64,000 bases of DNA, from contig JAPMXV010000030.1 in NCBI GenBank assembly GCA_026936335.1, positions 1 to 64,000 of the forward strand, given 5' to 3'. Below, one piece after another: positions 48,101 through 60,356 of the stretch. This stretch comes from Mantamonas sphyraenae STR306. Its lineage: Eukaryota > Protista > CRuMs. The notes below the pieces were generated by a model. It worked only from the letters and a program-made list of their open reading frames with translations. It did not search any database and had not been told where the DNA came from. Made by a program: the position numbers and the translations under genes. Positions within the stretch are counted from its first letter, which is position 1, and every line of letters starts with the position of its first letter.

Positions 48101-50455
48101 GAACAGCGCTTGGAGCTGGCCAGCTTGTCGAATAGTGTGTACGAAGCAGCAGCGGTGGAGGAGCAGGATTCCGAGTCGACTCTGGGGAGCGAGGCATTTG
48201 CTGGGATGATGGGTGGGATCGGCGAGGCAGCCAGGCCTCCCACGGCTTCTGTGCACACAGAAGAGTCGAGCTTGGGGAGCGAGGCATTTGCTGGGATGAT
48301 GGGTGGGATCGGCGAGGCGGCCAGGCCTCCCACGGCTTCTGTGCACACAGAAGAGTCGAGCTTGGGGAGCGAGGCATTTGCTGGGATGATGGGTGGGATC
48401 GGCGAGGCAGCCAGGCCTCCCACGGCTTCTGTGCACACAGAGGAGTCGAGCTTGGGGAGCGAGGCATTTGCTGGGATGATGGGTGGGATCGGCGAGGCAG
48501 CCAGGCCTCCCACGGCTTCAGTGCACACAGAGGAATCGAGCTTGGGGAGCGAGGCGTTTGCAGGGATGATGGGTGGGATCGGCCAGGCGGCCAGGCCTCC
48601 CGCGGCTTCTGTGCACACAGAGGAATCGAGCTTGGGGAGCGAGGCATTTGCTGGGATGATGGGTGGGATCGGCGAGGCAGCCAGGCCTCCCACGGCTTCA
48701 GTGCACACAGAGGAGTCGAGCTTGGGGAGCGAGGCCCACGCGCATAGCCCCGCTGAAACACCCAAACGGATGTACACGGATATCATCACGCAGGACACCC
48801 CTGGAGGTCATCATGCTGAGGCCAGCGTGTCGTCTGGATCAAGCGGCAGTGGAGAGCCGATGAGCGAGAGCTCGTTCTTGTCGCAGTTGCGGCGAAAAGA
48901 GGCACGGATCAACCACTGGTTGGAGGTTTCTTCCATCACCGACTCGTCCACGGTGCGTGGGAAAAGCCCGACATCGGAGCTCTCTCTGGAAGAGGAGGAG
49001 TCTGGCGAGTTTTATGACTCACCCGAGTCGGACGAGATGGGATTCCTGCAAGTCATGCAAAATTTTGGAACGCAAAGTGGTGCCGAGGACCTTGTGTCCG
49101 AGTCAACTTTCCGAAGTGATCAACCGTCGGAGCAAGGACAGCCCGCAGACCATGAACAGGCCTCTGAGATGCGTAGTCCATTATCGAGCCCAGCTCATTC
49201 AGACATCGACGACAGAGGAGCCCAGTACGATGACGACTCGCAGTCGATGCAGAGCGACGCATTTGCAGCGATGATGGCAGATGACACAGACAACACACGT
49301 CGCCAATCACCACGACACTCACCGCCGCCGGCTGAGGAGGAGGATGACCTCTTTGACGACTCGCAGTCGATGCAAAGCGACGCATTTGCAGCGATGATGG
49401 CAGATGACACGGACAACACACGTCGCCAATCACCACGACGCTCACCGCCGCCGGCTGAGGAGGATGACCTCTTTGACGACTCGCAGTCGATGCAAAGCGA
49501 CGCATTTGCAGCGATGATGGCAGATGACACGGAAAACACACGTCGTCAACCACCACGACGCTCACCGCCTCCTCCTGAGACCCCTGAGGAAGAGGATGAC
49601 CTCTTTGACGACTCGCAGTCGATGCAGAGCGACGCATTTGCAGCGATGATGGCAGATGACACGGAAAACACACGTCGTCAACCTCCACGACGCTCACCGC
49701 CTCCTCCTGAGACCCCTGAGGAAGAGGATGACCTCTTTGACGACTCGCAGTCGATGCAAAGCGACGCATTTGCAACGATGATGGCAGATGACACAGACAA
49801 CACACGTCGTCAACCACCACGACACTCACCGCCGCCGGCTGAGGAGGAGGATGACCTCTTTGACGACTCGCAGTCGATGCAAAGCGACGCATTTGCAGCG
49901 ATGATGGCAGATGACACGGAAAACACACGTCGCCAACCTCCACGACGCTCACCACCTCCTCCTGAGATCCCTGAGGAGGAGGAGGACCTCTTTGACGACT
50001 CACAGTCAGTTCAAAGCGACGCGTTTGCAGCATTGATGTCCCGAGGCCGCAACAGGCACATCATGGACGCAGAGGACTCGCAGAGCGACTCGACTGCACA
50101 CAGCGGCTCGTTTGCCGGCATGATGGGCAACCACCGTGCGTTCCACACCCGTCCAGACGCGCATGACGACGACGATGATGAATCGGTTCTCAGTGACGCA
50201 TTTGCACACATGATGGGCAACACACAGGCGTTTGACGCAAACAGAGACGAAGGCTCAGACACGCACTCCCAATCCACTGTTGGAAGCGACGCCTTTGCAA
50301 GCATGCTCGGCGACGCTCCACCCACTATCCGCGTGCAAGACGCCCATGGTCGTCCTACTCGTACCCGACAACAGGCTGTCGTCCCTCGTCTGGCGTTCCC
50401 TGCGTCTTCAGACACCTCATCTGACGACGACGACTTCAACCTGTTCCGGCGGTGA
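45115..50455 (+). CDS. Sfi1-like (centrin-binding repeat) protein with two C-terminal tandem-repeat arrays
   Basis: ATG 45115; phase-0 intron 46081-46192 (GTAAGT...CTGAC...ACACAG). About 600 aa of Trp/Arg-rich helical repeats (A...LL...[FW]..W), followed by acidic repeats. Confidence 0.7.
48173..48735 (+). repeat. 90-bp coding tandem repeat, 6 full copies plus a partial (ESSLGSEAFAGMMGGIGEAARPPTASVHTE)
   Basis: ggggagcgagg recurs every 90 bp from ~48184 to ~48724. Confidence 0.95.
49229..50040 (+). repeat. 120-132-bp coding tandem repeat, 6 full copies plus a partial (DDSQSMQSDAFAAMMADDT...DDLF)
   Basis: gacgactcgcagtcgatgca recurs in short (PPPAEE) and long (PPPPETPEEE) variants. Confidence 0.95.
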
Positions 50456-50596
50456 CGGAACCAGCCCAAGCAAACCAACAACATTCAAAAGTAAATGAAC
50501 TTTTTGGCAGGGTCCACTACACCCTTTGGGCTGCTTCCCATGCCTCCCACTCACACAGACACACACCGTCATTCCCTCCCCTGTGCCACCGCAGAC

Positions 50597-53500
50597 ATGT
50601 CAACATCTTGGGTTGATGCCATCGAAGACGACAGCACCAGGCGGCCTACTGCCTGGGACGAGGTTGCGGACACCTCACGTACGTTTGCGCCGCACACCTG
50701 CTCCTCCTTGGAGGCCCACAGTGTCTGGAAACCCAGCCGCGGCCACAATGCAACTTTGCCAAAGCGCCTTGCTCGGAAAAACAGCGGTTGACTCACACAT
50801 AGCACTTTGACCGCCCTGAACACGCACCTTTCTGCTACAGAAACAAACTCCGCAAACGAGGAAGCCAACGACCAGGCGCCCGAGTCTGCTCCCAAGCAGC
50901 TGCTGCGCCGTCGAGACTGGAACCTCAAGCGCCAGATCAACGCCTCTGTGAAGGACTCTGTTGAAGGTTTCCAACCCTATCAGGTTGCCACCTTTGAAGT
51001 CGAGGTAAGTCCACCATTGTGTGCCCCGCTACTGCCTCTGCATAGCTGCGTGTCCGCCACTCCGACTGCATCACGTGCTTGCCATTTCGCTTCCAAGAAA
51101 TGTGCACTCCTCCCTCTACCGGGCCGTATGGTGCACACAGCCGACCACGGCGCCTGTGTCGCCTTGACATTGCATGTATGCGGCTATGCGCGACCTGTGC
51201 TGCGGAGTATGCAGCGTACGGCTCGCCCGGTACCAGGCGAGGGCTGATTTGGCGGGAAATCAGCAAACGCATGCACCCCCCCCCAAACACCCGTCGCTCA
51301 GCCTCAACTCCACGCACGACGCTCGCGCTTCATTTCGTGGCTAACACGTTTATGTCCCTCCCCGCAGAACAACCCGGCCGAGCCTGTGTTCCCTGGCCGC
51401 CTGGCTGTGTACTCGCACGACCCCGAAGACGTGCCGCTGCCGCTGGAGAGCAGCAACAGTACGTTGACGCACACCGCCACCGCCGACAACACACACACAC
51501 ACGCATGGTTGCTCACACAGCTCATTTCCATACGCCGTTGCACTCACAGAGACCCACGCCGTGTCTACGCTGCCGCTGTTTGACCTTGCCGACATGGTGA
51601 TGCAGCACATCCCCACTGACGAGCAGTACGCTGCGTACGAGGCCGTGGACGTGGTCACCACCACCAAGGTCATCGGCCTGCTGGCTGCATCCCACCAGGG
51701 TGCATTCTCGCAAGAGTGGAACATCTCTGTGTTCAAGGACCAGGGCATCTTGTACCTGGAGCTGCCGGGCGAGCAGGGGTCCGAATTTGCCAACAACTCG
51801 GGTCTGCAAAACGGCCTCGTGGAGGCGTGCGTCGACATGGTGTCCTCATTCCACACCGTCAGTGTCGCCACGCTGGGTGAGCACAACTTGGCTCTGTTTG
51901 GCCAGGTCAACGCACGCCTCAGCGACAGCTCACAGGACATGGAAAACTACACCGACATTGTGCTCACCAACCAGAAGGGCAAGGTTTGGTGGTCTGACGA
52001 GAGCGCACGCCTCACCTGGACGCGCAACTTTCTCACTGGCGTGCCCAACGTGCAGGCGGCCCGTTACAACGACCTCAAGGGCTCCGTGGCAGCCTTTGAG
52101 ACGTTTGAGACGGCCTCGCTCACCGACCACTTCAACGCCAAGCCTTGGGAATTTCTGGGCTTTGTGCAGGAGATCCTGCGCGGCCTGAAGGAAGACGTGG
52201 AAGAGGGCAAGACCTACCGCCTGCGCCGTCAAAAGGACCAGGAGTACATCGAGCTGGACGAAGAGACCGAGGGCGAGCCAGAGCAGGACTCGGCAGCAAC
52301 CAACGTGGAGGTGGAAAACACCGCCTCGGGCCTCAAGACGCTGGTGATCACTCAAAAGGTGGAAACCAAGAAAATCAACACGCCTCTGGTGAGCAACGCC
52401 AACGCCGAGGGCTTTGAGAAGCAGGGCGACGGCGAAGAGGGAAGCGCAGCATGGCGCCAGGATCTGGACAACAAGTTTGGCACGCGCGAAGATCGCTACC
52501 AGCAGCGCCGCGGCGGAGGCTACGGAGGAGGCTACGGCGGAGGCTACGGCGGAGGCCGTTCCGGAGGAGGCTTTGGCGGAGGCTATGGTGGAGGCCGTGA
52601 GCGACCTGAGCACCTTCGCTTCGGCCGCGGTGGCGGTGGAGGAGGCGACGGCCAGGGTGCCGGCGAATCGGCCTTCCCCGAGCTGGGCACCGAAGCCGAG
52701 GGTGGCGAGCAGGGAAAGCCGCAGGTGGGTGCCTGGGGTGAGCAGCGCGGCGGCGGCGGTGGCGGTGGAGACCGCCCGTGGCGAGGCGGAGGTGGTGGTG
52801 GCTACGACCGTGGCTACGACCGTGGAGGGTACGGAGGCGGAGGAGGAGGCTACGACCGTGGCTACGATCGCGGCTACGACCGTGGAGGATACGGAGGCGG
52901 TGGATACAACCGAGGCGGTTTTGGAGGCGGCGGAGGCGGCTTTGGACGGGACGGTCCGCGCGAGCGCCCCAAGCTCAACCTGCAGCCTCGCAGCGAGAGT
53001 GGCGGCAGCAGCGTGAGCAACGACGACCAGCCGTCGCGCAACTCAAGCATCTTTGGCGAGGCCAAGCCGCGCGAAGAGGTGCTGCGGTCCAAGGGAGAGG
53101 ACACGTCGAGCAAGGAGGAGGAGGAGGAGGACACGTCGAACAAGTACACAGTGCGCCGCGAAACCTCGGAGGAGACGGGGAGCCGGGACGGACCCAGGAC
53201 TGGGTCGTGGGGCAACCGCGGACGCGACCAGGATGGTTACCAGGAGCGCGACAGCATGCGCAACGAGAGCCGTGAGAGCCGTGAGCAGGAGGTGACCGAG
53301 GCCGACACGAGCAACGACTGGCGCCGCGACGCAGAGCAGACCGACAGGAGCCAGCTGGGACGGCGCAGCAACTGGAGCAACAGCAACCGACGCGGTGGAG
53401 GACGCACCACGCTGGATGATCTGGAGCGCATGGCTCAGGGAGGCGGCGGCGGACGCAGCTACGACCGCGGCGGATACGGAAGCCGTGGTGGTTATGGAGG

Positions 53501-53714
53501 CGACCGTGGTGGATATGGCGGTGGGTACGGTGGCAGCCGCGGCGGCTACGGCGACCGCGACCGCGACGGGTACAACGACCGTGGCAGCGGCGGAGGAGGC
53601 TACAGCCGTGGAGGCAGCTACAGCCGTGGCGGAGGTGGCCGTGACCGCGATCGAGACAACGACAACGACAACCGCGAGGAGAGCTACAGCCGCGGCCGTG
53701 GAGGCGGCTGGTAG
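50597..53714 (+). CDS. DXO/Rai1-eIF3d-fold-like domain (catalytic residues degenerate) fused to an eIF4B-like RGG/DRYG-rich tail
   Basis: Four in-frame exons (introns 50679-50840, 51005-51367, 51459-51549). Motifs DVVTT...WNISVFKDQGILYLE, ATLGEHNLALFGQVNA, WTRNFLTGVP; tail RERPKLNLQPRS...SIFGEAKPREEVL plus YDRG/RGG repeats. Confidence 0.6.
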
Positions 53715-53759
53715 ATGCGTTGATTGAATTCCCAACCAGTGAACAGTGTGCATTGTATC

Positions 53760-54797
53760 TCACACTCGAGCCACTAGACCGTCGACAGCGTCCTCGACGC
53801 CAGGCATGTAGGCAACAACCCCGTCATCGTTCTTGTGCTTGACGTCTGGGGCAAAGCCGTACGGTTCACCCTGCATGCCTAGCAGACCGCCGCCAAAGGC
53901 AGAAAGGATGCCTGCAGGGGCGCAGATGTCCCATTTGCTCGTCCCTCCCGTCGGGTAGTACCAGATGTCCGCACGGTCGTTGAGGAGAAAGAGCACCTTG
54001 TTGCCTGCGCCCCCGACGCGCAGAACCTCTTCTGTGTTGACCTTGGCAAACGCATCTTTGACTTCCTGGTTGTAGTGTGAACGAGAGGTGACAATACGCG
54101 TGTGTGCAGACTCGCGCGCACCCATCTTGTCCTCGGAGAAGGGTCCGTTCTCGCCGCTGCGTGAGAACAGCACGCTTCCCGCTTGTTTGCAGGCCCACAC
54201 CTGCCGCCCAATTTCCACGCTGTCGTCCTTGATTTGCTCCAGCGACGCACATCGCGGCGAGTGCACAGTGTCGTTTGCATCCGTCGAGCCAGCGCGGCCC
54301 TCGGCCGTGTAGAAGGGTTGGGCAATGACGCCGCCTTCTGCCTGGCCCTGCACCGCAATGCCCACCAGAACCGTCACGGCCATCAGATCCCCCTTTGTAA
54401 ACTCGCGGGTGCCGTCGAGCGGATCCACCCACACCGTAACATCCTCCAGGGCGAGCTGGTCGTCTGCAAAAAGGTCTGCAGACACGTCACACGGCGTCAG
54501 CTGCTCCAGGTACGGTGTCAGGTCCACCTCGACCGACGAGTCGGTTGTGCCGTCCAGAAACTCGTCCTCTTCGCCCACCACGGTGAGGTCGGGGAACGCC
54601 TCGCGCAGCGTGTGCGCAATCAACCTCTGCGACGTCAGGTCCGCAAGCGTTTGCGGGTCGTTTTTGCTCTTGTCCGTCACCTGCAGGTCTGTCTGCTGCA
54701 CCACAATGTCTCGGATGGCAATAGACGCCACTGAGCAGGCGTCCACACACCGTGCCATCAGCGTACTCCATGACAACACGTTCTTGCTCACGCTCAT
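53760..54797 (-). CDS. BPNT1: 3'(2'),5'-bisphosphate nucleotidase (inositol monophosphatase superfamily)
   Basis: DPQTLAD, GEE, VWVDPLDGTREF, GGAGNKV, KWDICAP motifs. Confidence 0.88.
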   Translation of the reverse strand: MSVSKNVLSWSTLMARCVDACSVASIAIRDIVVQQTDLQVTDKSKNDPQTLADLTSQRLIAHTLREAFPDLTVVGEEDEFLDGTTDSSVEVDLTPYLEQLTPCDVSADLFADDQLALEDVTVWVDPLDGTREFTKGDLMAVTVLVGIAVQGQAEGGVIAQPFYTAEGRAGSTDANDTVHSPRCASLEQIKDDSVEIGRQVWACKQAGSVLFSRSGENGPFSEDKMGARESAHTRIVTSRSHYNQEVKDAFAKVNTEEVLRVGGAGNKVLFLLNDRADIWYYPTGGTSKWDICAPAGILSAFGGGLLGMQGEPYGFAPDVKHKNDDGVVAYMPGVEDAVDGLVARV

Positions 54798-54897
54798 TGC
54801 CGGCGGTTGGATTGGATTGCAGTGGGAGAGGGTCGGCGGGGATAGTCAGACTGTAGCACAAACGAGTCAAGGGACGCATGCTGCCCAGGTGGCTCCA

Positions 54898-55380
54898 ATG
54901 CAACTGCGATTGGCAGCAGCAGCTTTGTTTGTCCTCTTGGCCTTGCCCACTCTCGCCATGACGTCGACCGCGGAAAAGAACGTGATGGGCGGTGAACTAC
55001 AGGTCTGTGGTACCGACCCCATGACAGGGTGGACGCGCAATGGCTGCTGCAGCACAGGAGAACTGGATTTGGGCAGCCACACGGTGTGTGCGGTGATGAC
55101 CTCGGACTTTTTACAGTTCACCGCCTCTCGTGGCAACGATCTGTCCACGCCACACCTTCAGTACGGCTTTCCAGGCCTTAAGCCGGGTGACTCGTGGTGT
55201 TTGTGTGCGTCACGATGGCAGGAGGCCATGGAGTCCGGAAAAGCTCCGCTGGTGAAACTCGAGGCCACGCACGAGCGTGCGCTGGAAGTTGTCTCGCTGG
55301 ATGACTTGAAGAAGCACGAGTGGGTGGGTGAGGACTTGCAGAGCGAGGACAGCGAGCAGCGCGACAAGGATGGACTGTGA
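54898..55380 (+). CDS. DUF2237 family protein with signal peptide
   Basis: NVMGGELQVCGTDPMTGWTRNGCC, HTVCA, GNDLSTP, FPGLKPGDSWCLCASRW; hydrophobic leader from ATG 54898. Confidence 0.88.
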   Translation: MQLRLAAAALFVLLALPTLAMTSTAEKNVMGGELQVCGTDPMTGWTRNGCCSTGELDLGSHTVCAVMTSDFLQFTASRGNDLSTPHLQYGFPGLKPGDSWCLCASRWQEAMESGKAPLVKLEATHERALEVVSLDDLKKHEWVGEDLQSEDSEQRDKDGL

Positions 55381-55417
55381 ACGGTGAGGCGCCATCCGTC
55401 CCAACCAAAACAAGAAA

Positions 55418-56852
<1,435 letters not shown>

Positions 56853-57014
56853 GCGCCATGCAGCGCACGTGTGGCGACGATTTCCAGCCGCTCCCACGTG
56901 AGGGTGGCAACAAAGAAACGCTCCGTTCCACACACTCTCCCTCTTTCCTCCTCCCTTGCTCTGTCTTCAGCCAATGTCCCCTGCGCTGTCGACCCCACAA
57001 CAACAAGCAGCTGC

Positions 57015-58394
57015 ATGTCCATCCAACAGCGTCCCGAAAAGGTCGCTCTGCTGAAGCCAGACGAGAAGGAGCGCTCTGCCACATACTGGGCCGTGCGCCT
57101 CGTCGTTGCCTTTGTCGTCTGCACAATCTGCAGTGGCACGCTGAGCAGCTTCCAGCCGATTGTGCCGGCTCTCATCGGCGCAGGTGTCTTTGGCAACATG
57201 TGCCCCAAGAACGTGACCACAGGCTGTGCCGCGCAGTACGACGAGATCACCCTCATGTATACCGTCAGCGTGGGCGTCAGCATGGTTGGACAGCTGCTCG
57301 CAGGCTTTGCGTACGACCGCATGGGCGCCCGCAAAGTCGCGGTTGTTGGCGCCCTCACGTCGGCCATCGGATTGCTGGGCATGGCCCTGTCCATCGCCTT
57401 GCCGTCGCTCAACATGCTCCTGTACCTGTTCCTGCCCCTCACCGACATCGGCGGCTTTCTGAACAGCTTTGCCATCTACGGCTTCATCTTTGCCTTTCCT
57501 GGGCGCGAATCCCTTGTCATTGGCATCGCAAACGCTAGCACACAAGCATCGGGTGCCATGAGCCTGGTCATCGTCGCGCTTAGCGCAACCATGTCTGTGC
57601 CACTTGCCCTAGGTGTGTTTTGTGCCTTGTCCGTCGTCTCGGCCCTCCTCAGCCTCTGGGCCATTCCCAGTCAGAAGCAGGTGTTTGCCCAGAGTGAAAA
57701 GGTGACGGGCATTGCAGTCAGTAGCGACCCACGTTCCCTGTGGCAGCTGCTGCGTGCAGTGTGGGACGTGGCGTGTTTGCATCCGCGCCAGACGGCCCTC
57801 TTTGCCGCTTTTGCCGTCTCCACGTACACATACTTCATGCAGCTTGTCGGTGCAATCCTCCACATCTTTGTGGAGCTGTTTGGCACGGCCAAGGCCGACT
57901 CGCTCATTGAGCTGTACGGCCTGCTGTACCCGACCACGTCCATGGTCATCTCTCCCCTGCTGGGCATGTTCTTTGACTCTGTGGGCATGGCCCAGTCCAG
58001 TTGGGTCTCCTTCGTCGCTCTCCTCGCCTGGGTGGGCACCATTTGGTGGGCCTCTGCCGCCATCCAGATTGTGGCCATGATGGCAGGCATCACCTTTTTC
58101 GCAAGCTGGATGCTTCTCACCACACGCTGGGCGACCATGGTGGCCCCTCCGGACCTCCTCGGTGTGTACCTGGGCGTGGTGCTCGCCCTTTCGGGTGTTT
58201 CCCAGCTCGTGCTCAACTCTGTCGCCGACGTCCTTGCCCCGAAGCAAGGTCTGGCCCAGTTTTTCGTCCCCATCGCCATTTTTGCAGTCATTGCCATCGT
58301 TTGCACCGTGGCGTACGCGTGGATGGTGACTGTGCGTGGCGTGCCGACGTGGGTGCCGGAGCATGGCGACGATGAAAAGGCAGATTCGCCATGA
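57015..58394 (+). CDS. MFS transporter, SLC43/LAT3-like
   Basis: About 12 TM helices; GVFGNMC...CAAQ extracellular loop; YDRMGAR loop motif. Confidence 0.8.
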   Translation: MSIQQRPEKVALLKPDEKERSATYWAVRLVVAFVVCTICSGTLSSFQPIVPALIGAGVFGNMCPKNVTTGCAAQYDEITLMYTVSVGVSMVGQLLAGFAYDRMGARKVAVVGALTSAIGLLGMALSIALPSLNMLLYLFLPLTDIGGFLNSFAIYGFIFAFPGRESLVIGIANASTQASGAMSLVIVALSATMSVPLALGVFCALSVVSALLSLWAIPSQKQVFAQSEKVTGIAVSSDPRSLWQLLRAVWDVACLHPRQTALFAAFAVSTYTYFMQLVGAILHIFVELFGTAKADSLIELYGLLYPTTSMVISPLLGMFFDSVGMAQSSWVSFVALLAWVGTIWWASAAIQIVAMMAGITFFASWMLLTTRWATMVAPPDLLGVYLGVVLALSGVSQLVLNSVADVLAPKQGLAQFFVPIAIFAVIAIVCTVAYAWMVTVRGVPTWVPEHGDDEKADSP

Positions 58395-58416
58395 ACCGTT
58401 TCATTTCCTTCCATCA

Positions 58417-60193
58417 TCACACACACAAATCCTGGAACTGCAGGCTCGAGGTGCGCCCTCCGTTGACATCGCGCACAATGTTGCTGATGCCGATGCCAGT
58501 GAGCGCAAAGAGACTGGCGCCAATGATGCAGGCAATCGACAGGACAATCAGTGACTTTTTCTTGTAGCGGCGCACGAGCCTGTCAAGGCCAATCTGGCCC
58601 ACAAACGAGGCAATCGTGCCCAGGCAGGCGTAGAAGAGGGCATAGTCCCACAGAAGCCTGTCGAGGATCACGTACTGCAGTGTCGACGAAAGCGACGTCC
58701 AAAACACCATAAAGGCGCTGGTGGCGGCGGTCACCTGTGGCGACACACCCAGCTCCAGCATCATTGGGTTCAGCAGCATGCCTCCACCAATGCCAAGCAG
58801 GCCTGCAGCAATACCAGCCAGCAGCGCCAGGCCGCAGATCACGCCCAGCTTGTTCAAGTCGTATTGCATGTCTCCTTCCAGGTACGTGTACCCGATGCCC
58901 ACACGCCTCTCGTGCTCTCGCAGCACCAGATAGGCCACCACGCCAAAGAGCAGCAGCACCACTGCCAGCGGCCCAAACGTCAGCCCCCAGAACTCCCCTG
59001 AGCACCGTGCAACGTCGCGCTTGAACAGGCTCACCAGGGTCATCATCGCAAGCACCACCAGGATGGCTGCAATGATCTCCAGTGGGGTGCGCTTGTCCTT
59101 CTCCAGTGCGTCCTGCACTTCTGCGCTGACATCCTCGGTCGCCTTGGCGCCTGCCGTCGAGCTTCCCTGTTCCTCGTCTTTGTCGCCACCACTCGCTGCA
59201 GAGTCGCCGCCCACTTTGCCGTCCTGCTCGCCCATAGGGACGCTATCTGTGTCCATCTCGGCTGCCACAGCCACCTCCTCGCGGTGCAAACGGAACCCAC
59301 GTCGGAACGAGCGGTAGGCCGCCACACCGAGCACAATCAGGAGCAGCACAAGCACAAGCCAGTTGGGAAACACCAAGTTCAGCAACACACCCAGACCCTG
59401 TATGCATACCGTGTCAGCAAGCTACCGCGGAGACCTCTCCCACACACGGCCGTTGGGCGGCTTGGCACTTACCGTCCCTGCCAAAGCCAGCGGCTGGATC
59501 AGAAAGGCCAGCTTGTATTCAATCAGCGGGCGGTCGGCTTCCGGGTGCCGGCGCGGAATCAGCTGCACCAGGTTGGCAACGGCCACGCCGAAAATCGTCG
59601 ACTGGCCACCCGTTACCCGATCAGAACATGCACACGTGTCCGGAGACCGGTACGGCGTCAGCACACGCTCCATTTGCGCTTCCACACACGCGCCCCACAC
59701 CTCGCCAACGCGCAGAAGCACTCACCGCAGACATGGGGATGGCCAGCTTCGGCGTCAGCGACGCCACGAGGATGTACGTTGGGATAAACACGCCTCCTCC
59801 TCCAATGCCGCCTCCAGCTGCCACACACGCGAGCACAAAGACCACAACCGCCGTCAAGGCGTCCTGCCAGTGCAGTGAGCCCTCAAACAGTCCCTTGCGC
59901 TGGCACGTGCGTGCCGTGCACACGTACAACGGGTCCGCTGTAGCGTCGCACTGCGTATTACTCGTGCAGTACTCACACATACGCGTCGTCTTGGCTGCCG
60001 TTCCGTTGGTCCCTCCGCTCGTTGTGCTCACGCACACAAGGCCCTCGGGGCAGAAGCCGTCCAGAGAGCACGCGGTGCCGACGTACTGCGTCGCCGCCGC
60101 ACTCTGCGCTGCCACGCCCATGGGCAGGGCACACAAGCATGCAAACATGATGATCACCAACCACACAGTGCTGGGGCCGAGTTTCGTCTGCAT
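58417..60193 (-). CDS. TauE/SafE (TSUP) family transporter with signal peptide and Cys-rich N-terminal ectodomain
   Basis: Three exons (~60193-59726, 59601-59473, 59397-58417). Motifs GGGIGGGGVFIP, RHP..DRPLI.Y, GLLGIGGGMLLNP, ATSAFMV. Confidence 0.88.
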
Positions 60194-60356
60194 GATGGTG
60201 AGGGAAGGTTTGGGTTGGGTGTGCGCAGGACTTGCGACCCTGAGCAGAGGGCTGAGCAACTTGGCATTGCTTCTCCGACCCACTCTGCCGTGCAAGTGAT
60301 GAATCTGCATTTCGCTCATCACCTCCATCCGCATGGTCCATCCCCCTCCTCCCTCC

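Noticed and set aside
48173-50040. Regular repeats resembling a CRISPR array
   Set aside because: No unique spacers; unit lengths are multiples of 3 and lie in frame within a eukaryotic CDS.
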